Source: Octopus sinensis
Taxonomy: Eukaryota
Direction of reading: 5' to 3'
Assembly (NCBI RefSeq): GCF_006345805.1
Contig: NC_043002.1
Span: forward strand, 59,954,001 to 60,018,000
DNA length: 64,000 nt
Shown here: piece by piece, positions 50,426 through 64,000 of the stretch
Layout: every line of letters starts with the position of its first letter
Position numbering within the stretch: position 1 is the first letter of the stretch
Position numbers and translations under genes: made by a program
The notes under the pieces: generated by a model
What the model was told of the DNA's origin: nothing
Databases searched by the model: none
What the model saw: the letters and a program-made list of their open reading frames with translations, nothing else

Positions 50426-51210
50426 TAGCATATGGCCGACTCCCTAGCAGTAAGCCCTGCCAATATACACATATATTAGAATTTTCTCTGACTCCTCAGA
50501 TTTTTGTATGCTGGACTACTGGTTTTAAATTGATATTAAAATTAATATTAATTTATCTCCCTCATTATTATTTAAATATTGAAATAAATACATTCTCTAG
50601 TACTAGGCACGAACCGCAGTGAATTATTTACTGCAGCCCTTCGCCTCATAAATTTATTAGCGCGCCAGAGCCAAGACATTTGAAATTTTATCACTAGTGT
50701 AATCGGTAAAGCTACACACGTGTCTGTACCGGCACGAAAGCTGGGGTTAGCTTTTCCGTTTACATTACTATGAACGGATGCACTGACGAAGCACGGACAT
50801 TTGGATTGCATAAGTAATTCTCTTGTTAGGCTGAAACCGAGGTATGCATTTAATTCTGTTTTTTATATAATTTTCATCTGTCATGCCCGCCAAATTGGTT
50901 CTGGTGTTCGCTGTATTTTTCCTCTAGAATTTCCTTGTAGTTTGACCGTTGATGGTCTATTTCTAGCATATGGCCGACTCCCTAGCAGTAAGCCCTGCCA
51001 ATATACACATATATTAGAATTTTTTCTGACTCCTCAGATTTTTGTATGCTGGACTACTGGTTTTAAATTGATATTAAAATTAATATTAATTTATCTCCCC
51101 TCATTATTATTGTAGTGGCGGTTTTTTTGACTATTTTTAAAATTTTATGTATTGATTAAGTCTTTCCCTGTTTGTTTTGCAAAATAGTGGTTTTATCTCT
51201 AATAATATTT
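50426..51210 (+). mobile_element. Non-coding PLE/retrozyme-like element: 146-bp partial tandem repeat, 539-bp unit, 3' tail
   Basis: Near-identical direct repeats at 50426-50572 and 50964-51111, with an internal hammerhead. Confidence 0.75.
50778..50849 (+). ncRNA. Type I hammerhead ribozyme with intact catalytic core
   Basis: Stem I ATGCA/TGCAT; CTGACGA at 50783-50789; stem II closing AGC/GCT; GAAA at 50833-50836; stem III ACC-GA-GGT; GUA triplet, predicted cut after 50844. Confidence 0.8.
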
Positions 51211-51232
51211 TATATATATATATACATATATA

Positions 51233-51274
<42 letters not shown>

Positions 51275-51365
51275 CTATATATATACTTATATATATATAT
51301 ATAATGACCATAGGATTGCACCTAGAGGATTACACAACACACACAAAACATATATATTATATATA

Positions 51366-51413
<48 letters not shown>

Positions 51414-51420
51414 TTTAATA

Positions 51421-51466
<46 letters not shown>

Positions 51467-52214
51467 TATATATATATCTATTATATATATATATGTATGT
51501 ATGTATGTATGTATGCATGTGTGTGTCTATGATTTGTCCCCACAACATAGCTTGATAACTGATGTTGGTTCGTTTACGTAGATGGAAATTAGCGGGTCGG
51601 CAAAACAGACCGATAAAATAAGTACTAGGCTCACAAATAACATGTCCTGGGGTTGATTACTTCGGCTATAGGTGGTGCTCCATCATACCCGCAGTCAAAT
51701 GACTGAAACAAAGAAAAGAATGAAAGAATAAATGAATATATAGATATATATCTATATACAGGTATGTAGCTGTATGTTTGTCTGTGTGTGTTTTTGCGTG
51801 TGTATGTGTTTGTGCATTTGTGTGTGCGTGTGTATTTGTACTATTATTAATAGCATATGTGATTCGCGATTCAATTCTCCAAAGGAATCATTTTACACTT
51901 CCCTCTGCCCTGTCATATTTTCCTCTGCGAATTGCAGCATAATACCGAAATTCAGAACCCGTCCTTTAAACCTACCCATGAATCGGTTCCAACTGTTGGT
52001 ACGTAATTTCTAAGACCCTACTCATAGAAACCATATCTGATTCAATGAACCATTGGCGGATTAAGATAATATTCTCGGGTACCTTTTGAAAAGTTATCTG
52101 GAAGAGAAGGAGGTGGAGTTGGAGGAGGAGGAGAAGAAGAATAGGAAGAAGAAGAATAGGAAGAAAAAGAAGGCGAATAATAAATAATAAATAATAATAA
52201 TAATAATAATAATA

Positions 52215-52265
<51 letters not shown>

Positions 52266-54299
52266 ATGAAGAAGAAGAAGAAGAAGAAGAAGAAGAAGAA
52301 GAAGAAGAAGAAGAAGAAGAAGAAGAAGGGCAGTAAAATTTTCTATACTTTCGTGTAATAGTATGCATTGAGAAATGGGTACAGTCGATCTAAGTGCTCA
52401 CTAAGTATCTATTTATCGGCTCCAAAATCATAAATGGCTGAAGTCGATCTGACTAGGATTTACATTCAGGATGTAAAGTTATGCATCTAAATAGATAGTA
52501 CATTACAGATTCAACTATCCACTGTTCTCAGATTTAATTTTGATAATAAATCGATCACTAGAGATATTGGCAAACTTCTACAGATAGAGCCAAGCCAAAA
52601 GACGACTGAGAAGATCACCAATTTAAAATGGTTTGCCGTGTATAAAAGTGTATTTTAGCTTCTCGTCTAAGTTTAGAATCTAGTTTGTATCATTAATAAA
52701 TCTTTGATAAATTATTTATAAGATAGGTTGTGTTTGAAATTGATTGAGTCAAGATTATAACAATGGCGAGGGACTTTAAATCCGTTTTCAGCGGTTGAAC
52801 AGAGAAAAATGTATTCCCAACTTCAATAACAAAATTACAATACCATGTTGAACTCTGAAATTGATATTAATTAAAATTCCTCTGAGACGAGTGTCTACGT
52901 TGATGGTTATTCTTCAGGGTAATACAAAGTAAGTATATTTTATCATATACGGAATCCGATTCAATCAAATTTAAAACATGGTCATTAGCTTATTCACAGT
53001 ATATCAACGTATATTGGAATCTCTTTAAGTCAAGCTCTACTACTATCAGCCATTAAGGCATTTGGTTATCAGCAATCTTTATAACCAAAATTTAATCTCA
53101 CACACGACCATCATTTCAGAATGACATACAGTGGTATGTCTCCAAAACTGGGCCCAAAATTAAGCTGCTAGAAAAAGCTGAAGTCCTTAAAAAGGTAACT
53201 TTAAATACAAGTGAAGTGATACATCTTTCATATTCATAAGACCAACACTACGGAGAAATTGATGTATTCATATTGAATTTTGTAATTCCAGCGAATAAGG
53301 TCAAAAACAGTGTTGAAAAAAGTTGAATTAGAGAAGCATATCACATTACCAGATAATTTCAAATCTACTGAAGGTATACGCAGTCAAAATCATATGCTCC
53401 GTATCATAGCGCTGTGAAAATAATTACTGATTGACCATATAATTAACATTTTCTTGCAGGCAGCTGAATAACAATTAGCACGTTAATATACAAACTTATA
53501 TACTTTTCTTCTCAGTTTCAGATTTTCTGATGTTTTGTAGAACGTCAGTAATAGTTTTTAATCACTCTAGAATGATTATAGTTTAGGTTATATATACATA
53601 AGAATAAATAAGTGCTTGAAAAACAATTTGAAAGTCATTGACCGAAGCAAACGTTCTATTTTAATTTTGCTTTAATCTTTGGTGGAAAATAATTTTAACA
53701 GTGAAGTATTGTGCACATTTTCCCACTCGGAATTTCGCTGTTATAATCACAAACACACCAGCAAATACCCATGTACACGCACACAATAACAGATCCGCAG
53801 AACGTGTGAACACAGATAGATGATAGGGTGGCATTATTAAGAGGCTTTTGAGCAATAACACAAATATTCATTTCATTTGAATGCCAATTAAAATATTTAC
53901 TTAATAACAGTTCTCTTCAGAAAACCTCTATTTCAAAACTGCTAATGAATTCCATACTTTACTATGTACTTCTAACAATGTTATTGTTTGCGAATTTACT
54001 TACAATTAACACGGGTGCTCGAAGTTTAATTAATTTCCGTAAACATTTCTTGTTGAATTTGGGTCCTGCTAGGTTCATGTAAATTCCTTATAGCAATCCC
54101 TACGGTGGCGAAAAATCTGATTACTAAACGACTCCTACGAAACGGATTCTGCATTTAGATTCTAATTTCCGAATTACAGGTGGGAGCTCGGATCTTGCTC
54201 AATGAAACATTGTCAGAGGAAAACAATGACATTCCTCAGTCAGAGCAAAGAAGAGATGAGTGAGGGGTAAAGGGGTGGATGGAGGAGTGAAGGCAATGA

Positions 54300-54622
54300 A
54301 AAGTAAGAAACGAATAAGGAAGAAGAAGAAGAAGAATAAGAAGAAGAATAAGAAGAAGAAGAAAAGAAGAAAAGAAGAAGAAGAAGAAGAATGAAGAAAA
54401 AGAAGAAAAAAAAAAGAAGAAGAAGAAGAAGAAGAAGAAGAAGAAGAGAAGAAGAAGAAGAAGAAGAAGAAAGAAGAAGAAGAAGAAGAAGAAGAGAAGA
54501 AGAAAAGAAGAAGAAGAAGAAGGAGAAGAAAAAGAAGAAAAGAGAAAAGAAGAGAAGAGAAGAAGAAAAGAAGAAGAAGAAGAAACGAGAAGAAGAAGAA
54601 GAAGAAGAAGAAGACGACGAAA
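54300..54622. repeat. (GAA)n purine tract
   Basis: Directly visible. Similar tracts at 10630-10695, 33540-33695 and 52268-52328. Confidence 0.95.
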
Positions 54623-54745
54623 GCAGGAAGAGTTATCTTGATTGACATAGAGCTTATCGATTACACATCAATCCCTGAAGCTGTATGCACTGACCAAGAA
54701 CGGGTCTGCTTCAGAATTACTCCGCGACGGACTGCCTATCTCCCT

Positions 54746-54908
54746 CATGTTTATCTTTGTCATTGTCTGTATCCTATGAGCAAAATATGCTTGTATATGT
54801 ATGTCCAGGATTAAACATAGGTAATTGTACTGGTAATATAATGGATACTTTTATCCCTTAGACGGTTATTCCAGCCTCTACCGCTACTAACCTTGTATAC
54901 ATATACGT

Positions 54909-54939
<31 letters not shown>

Positions 54940-55214
54940 CTACATATATATATATATATTAATATATATATATATATAATATATATTATATATATGTATG
55001 TATGCATGTATGTATGTATGTATGTATGTATGTATGTATGTATGTATAATATATATATGTGTGTGTGTGTGTGTTGGTGTATAAGTTTAGTAGCGTTAGA
55101 GGTAGGAATAACCGTCTCAGGGATAAAAATATCTGTTTTACTAAGGTAACCCTGGACTTACATATGCACGCATATTCTGCTCATAGCTTACAGGCAATGA
55201 CAAAGATAAACATG
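54746..55214. repeat. Inverted repeat with ~140-155-bp arms around a (TA)/(TATG) tract
   Basis: 54746-54900 is the reverse complement of 55077-55214, with scattered mismatches and one gap. Confidence 0.85.
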
Positions 55215-56090
55215 TGTTTATGGTTTATCAGGAATCAAATTTATAAAGCATTTACCTATTCCCCCACCTCCCATCCGCCTTAATTTACAATTATCCAAAT
55301 ATCTATCTCTAGGTTTTAATGACACTGCTGGTGTTGTTCACTCCTTCGAATTGGGCTTGTTTACATATTTATTTGTTTGTTTTATATACACTGTCCTAAG
55401 GGTTTTGGGCCACTTACAACATATACTGTTTTTCCATGCATTTATTATTTATTTATTTATTTATGTATGTATACCTACCTGTATAACGATATTACTAGCT
55501 TGCCCTTTATTTTAAAATTCAACTGACCAATTATATCGAAAGCGGAATTATGGTCAGTCCCAATACGGGGCAATATTTGGTTGGTCTTTACAACATATCA
55601 GTAAGTAAATAACTGTAATTAATCGATGGGCAATTCCTTATGATAAACTACTTAGTACTATTAACATAATTTAAAGACTTATCATGATTACTTCAAAAGG
55701 TTATGGCACACGCACTTCTGCTTTGTCTAAATAAATAAATGGAATAAATGGAAATAATGTGTTATATACAATTATTTACTATTATAGGCTTACAGTTATT
55801 CCAAGCATGCATGTATTCGCGCCCTTGATTCAATCTTATGAATCCATAGATTAATAAGGCTGAGAGTAACTTCGAAGTCGAACTGTTTCATCATGCTTTT
55901 AAGACAGTTAATATAAGCATATAAATATATAACATACTAAAATTCATTAAGTAATTAATCCTTCTCATTCACGTTAAACCTATACTTTCTACAACTTGGT
56001 ATAAAATCAAATTTTAATCTATCTATTTCTCTCTCTCTCTCTCTCGATATATATATATATATATACATACATACGTACATACATACATAC

Positions 56091-56163
<73 letters not shown>

Positions 56164-56169
56164 ACACAC

Positions 56170-56200
<31 letters not shown>

Positions 56201-56206
56201 TATATA

Positions 56207-56238
<32 letters not shown>

Positions 56239-56267
56239 TATATATATATATATATATGTGTATATAT

Positions 56268-56450
56268 AGCTGAAATTTATAGGAAAATTGAAGACGAAGA
56301 CAGGTGTATGAACAACAGCCCAGTGTATTAGTTTGATGCTTGGGAAAAAATGAAAAAGTCTTTTACGTTCCTAGCCTACTTTCTTCGATAGAATGGAATA
56401 AGGGAAAAATAAACAGAGAGAGAGATCGAAAAATACTTGTAGATTTCAGC
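56268..56450 (-). mobile_element. PLE terminal fragment
   Basis: Homologous to 42615-42740. Confidence 0.6.
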
Positions 56451-57099
56451 TTTCCGGCATATATAACGACACGTACGCACATGCACAAACAGATACAAAT
56501 GTACACACAATTCTGTCTGTTAATGATTACATGCACGTATAGATTCCATGCCATTACCTTTCCCATCTTTGAGTGAAATGTATCTGCACCATCGTATCAT
56601 ATGGCTTGTCTCGAGCATTTTTAGCTTGGAGCGCATCCCCACGCTAGAGGGCATCGAAAATGTGGCACTTTAAGTGTTTTGGCTGCTTTCAGATTGGCTA
56701 AACGTGGTAAGGTTATAGGAATGACCGAGAGTCATGATCACTGTTATATTCACAATATAACAATATAAGAGCAATATGGGATCATTTCCTTACAGTAATA
56801 TGAGAAGCATCTGAATAAATTTCACTGATGACGATTTTTGGTGAGTAGCGTAAAAAAAAATACTGCCTTATGTTTTAAATTCTCTCAATTTATGGTCCTA
56901 TGATAATTTATAAATGTACCTTTAAAACATGATTATGGAAACATAGTGAAGTAGAGAGATAATTATAAATTATTTTGTGCTTTATATTTCAACCGCAAAG
57001 AATATACATTGGATACTATGCAGTTAGTATCATAAACAATTCGATAAGCGACCACAACACATGACTAGCAGCACTAATAAATATCAGAGAAAATAGCTA

Positions 57100-58700
57100 C
57101 ATTTCAACAGCAAGTGTGGACAATTACCAAATATATTTTCTTCTAAATTGATAGCCATCAGGAATCATTCAAAAGAGACAAGTTTAAACTCGCCAACTGT
57201 GGTGTATTCCAATTGCACAATGACTTTGATCTTTTTTGTGTAACAATAGGGAAATCCCCAAACTCAAAGACCCCACAAGCTGTACATAGCTTCAACACAA
57301 GCAGAAAGCACATATAACTTGAAGCAAAAAGAAAACCCACGCCAAAGTCTGAAATTAAATATCGTAAAACAGTTAAAACCCTAATACATCTTAACTGATT
57401 TATCGCAAATGAAACAGCACCCCAGAAATCTATCAGCTATTATGCACGGGCTCATAAAATCCAAATTACCTCGACCTCGGTATTACTAAACCATACATCT
57501 CCCTTTCATTTTTTCGACGGAAACAAACCCCCTAATACAAGTACTATGAAACGCAACTCACAAAACGTTCGTAAAATTTCAAATGCATAAATGTATAAAG
57601 ATATAATTCACATATACCACTCGAACTCTCATTCGCACCAACAATACAGTTTACTCACTCAGTTGCCGACAAATCAAAAAATAGTCAAACTTCCTTTAGT
57701 ATACCAACAGAGATAAACAGATCGTCACATATGTCCCACATTCATGGATTATACACCGCCTAGCATATAACTATGTATACAATTTTCCTACACACATTAA
57801 AAAAACATATATATACAATGCACAACAACACACATAGATAACATTGTAATTACTTATCTCAACCCTTCTCCAGATACGGGTTCAAACCTGCACCAAAAAA
57901 CTTCGAACCTTACTCCAAAACAACAGACTAAAATTAACTTCAGCGAAATCCATCTTAATGCCAACATCCTAAATGCCAACACAAGTCAACATAAATAACA
58001 ACACTAAAACTTACTCAAAAATAATGTAAGAAACCACAGACAAAATGTGTTGCCTATCACGAATTCCACGGCGGATAACTCCTGTCCACTTTTCGTATCA
58101 CGTGTCGTAGAGATAATAAATACGAAACTAAATATGAAAAATGCTTGCATTCACCTCATTTGTTAAATACAATAAAGCAACAACATAAATGTTAGTGTGC
58201 AACTAATATCTTCTGTATTTCATAGATTATATCCGTCCTTCCTGACATTACTCCCTCATTGTAAAACTGAAAATAAATCATAATAGACCACAAATAGCAC
58301 AAAACAGCTGGTTTAGCTATATCATAGGATAAATATAGTGTAAAACGACAGATAGCCACAGATTATCTATTTCACTAAAGGAAAAAAATATATATATCAG
58401 CGGGACACTAAGGAAGAAACGTTTGTTACGGCATTAGGCTTCACTACACACATATATCATGACATTAGATGCACAACGATCCAAAAATAAAACGCATTTA
58501 CATTATAACCACAATCCGACGAGAATAGCAGATGTGATGCATTACAAATTCCTCCCTGTCCAAACAAACATTACAATAACATATGCCCTCGCATAGATAC
58601 ACACTCTTAGTGCCATTAGCCTTTAACTGAGGGTTGTGAATAAGTAGTTCAGGGAAGCTTTAGCTTTTATTTTTCATTCGAGTTTACACGTTGTTCTTCC
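57100..58700 (+). pseudogene. Possible heavily decayed Penelope-like coding region
   Basis: A/C-rich strand bias. Fragments YISGTLRKKRL (~58393) and TLLVPLAFN* (~58602) resemble the YIG and TLxPxGLN motifs. Confidence 0.4.
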
Positions 58701-58864
58701 TTTCTGGTTTTTGTCTTAAACGACAGACTTGAACATTCACGGCGGAGATATCTCTTCGGAGAACCAGCTGTCACTTTGCACTCCTAACACGTTACACTAT
58801 GTGTCTAAAGCGAGACATGGTAGATTATGGTAGTCCTGCCTGCATATTGACTACCACAACAAGA

Positions 58865-59095
58865 AGGTGCGTGTCACAGGGGTTTAAGATATTCGACTCG
58901 TGATGGTAAAGTCGTGAGTTCGATTCCTGTCGACGCGTTGTGTGCTTGAGCAAGGCACTTTACTTCACCTTGCTCCAGCACACTCAGCTTGCAGAAATGA
59001 GCAGTACCTGTAATTCAAAGGTCCAGCCGTGTCACCTTGTGTCACGCTGTACCTCCCTGAGAACTACGTTAATTGTACGCGTGTCTTTGGCGTGG
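58865..59095 (+). mobile_element. tRNA-derived SINE related to family B
   Basis: B box GAGTTCGATTCC; TTGAGCAAGGCACTTTACTTCAC core. Confidence 0.75.
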
Positions 59096-59202
59096 ATAGG
59101 AAAGTCATCTTTTTCCCGTCGAAGGCTTATATGCTCCTTCATTAGATTATTTTCCTTAGTCATTGCAGAGTGATAGACATAATCTGAAATATATAAAATA
59201 TA

Positions 59203-59268
<66 letters not shown>

Positions 59269-59289
59269 TATATTTATATATATATACCT

Positions 59290-59968
<679 letters not shown>

Positions 59969-60056
59969 ACATTTGTATGTGTATGTGTCTGCGTCTATAT
60001 ATATATATACATACATATACATGTGTAAATATATGTATGTGTATATGCATATGTGC

Positions 60057-60117
<61 letters not shown>

Positions 60118-60570
60118 GCATATATGTGTAGTGATGTACGCAGATATACAGATGTATATATACTGATATGTGTGTGTGTATGCGTGTGTGTGTATGTGTG
60201 TGTGCGTGTGTGTGTTTGCATGTGTGTGTGGATGCATATATATCTTTTTTGGAAACGGCATCTAAGCTTCTTTTTGAAAACACAGTTTCGAAGTTTAAGT
60301 AAATTTAGCGTGAGAAATGTTTCCGCTTTGCATCTTTTGAAGTGATTTTCTATTAACTTGTGGAATAAAATGGTTAAATGTCTTTCCTTTTATATTGCCT
60401 AACAAGGTAGAAAAAATTCAATACGTACGCTTCATTTTCTGTTCATAAAAGCGTACCTATTTCCGTACGATTTCTACAGAATCGTGTAGTCCCAAATGTA
60501 CATCCAATCAATCGCGTGCACAAAAACACACGTACACTCGCACGCAGACACATGCGCAAACACCACACAG

Positions 60571-60624
<54 letters not shown>

Positions 60625-60625
60625 C

Positions 60626-60657
<32 letters not shown>

Positions 60658-61429
60658 ATACACACACATTTGTATATGTAAATACATCGGTATACTAAGA
60701 TGCACACCACGCACATACACAGGCTCACAAAAACACTCATATATGTATATATGCGTGTGCATGCGCGCGTACGTGCGTGATTGCGTATTGTTGTGTTATA
60801 AGCGCCATTTGTGAATAACAACTGTAAAGAAAGTTCATTTTCGATAGCAATCGACTGATTTTAGTCATTATGGAAATGCATAAACTTCACTACATCTATT
60901 CCACACTGATTGAAATAAAAAAATGTTACTCTCATATTCTTAGATATGTCTACATATTGTTAGATAATTCTACGTATACATATTCTGCTGAAGCAAAAGT
61001 CTTCATAATAATGACGGATTCTGAATTAGACCAAAAGCCGCCAATATCGATGCCATCGACAACAGTGCTCACCTGGTTTCTGTAATTTTATTAACTCCGA
61101 AAAGGTGAAAGCAAAGTTGACCTTCGTGGATTTGAAATTAGAATGTAATGTGTTGAAATATTTTTACTATAAATCATAAAAGTTTCTCATTTATGCAGAA
61201 AAGAAGCCGTTTTACCGTTGTTGGTGAAGAATATTCGAAAATATCACACTGTACGTTTGACTACCACTTAGTGAAATCATACCCCAAATTGCTGGAAATA
61301 AACAAAGGCATCACAATGTTGTTCACTAAGGATACAAATCTCCAGAAAAATCATTACAAAGCAACATTTTCGAACGTTTTCTTCAGCATCCCACATTAGA
61401 CTTCATGAAAATAATGTAATATAATGAAT

Positions 61430-64000
<2,571 letters not shown>

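Noticed and set aside
56590-56720. Possible Tc1 SPDLNPIENVW relic (IPTLEGIENVA)
   Set aside because: Single weak motif with no TIRs or further support.

Overview
Repeat-saturated, AT-rich eukaryotic DNA with no confidently identifiable host gene. The microsatellite load and SINE repertoire suggest an octopus or other coleoid cephalopod; this is inferred from recalled repeat families, not from a search. Most ORF-track entries are microsatellite artefacts. Real content: (i) a near full-length APE-RT LINE (CR1/L2 group, ~37.1-42.4 kb, minus strand) with a Myb/SANT-like domain, a CCCH finger and a tandem-array 5' UTR; (ii) several R4/Dong-type RLE retrotransposon copies, all beside (TAA)n tracts, plus a 556-bp non-coding element in the same niche; (iii) Penelope-like element (PLE) remnants and non-coding derivatives carrying type I hammerhead ribozyme motifs, one with an intact core (50778-50849), and one family that fuses a tRNA-like Pol III head to a hammerhead tail; (iv) at least three tRNA-derived SINE families, one sharing a covarying 3' stem-loop with the LINE; (v) Helitron, hAT, mariner, MULE and piggyBac-like relics; (vi) many short-range inverted repeats, several folded around (TA)n tracts. 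All coordinates and alignments were read by eye.
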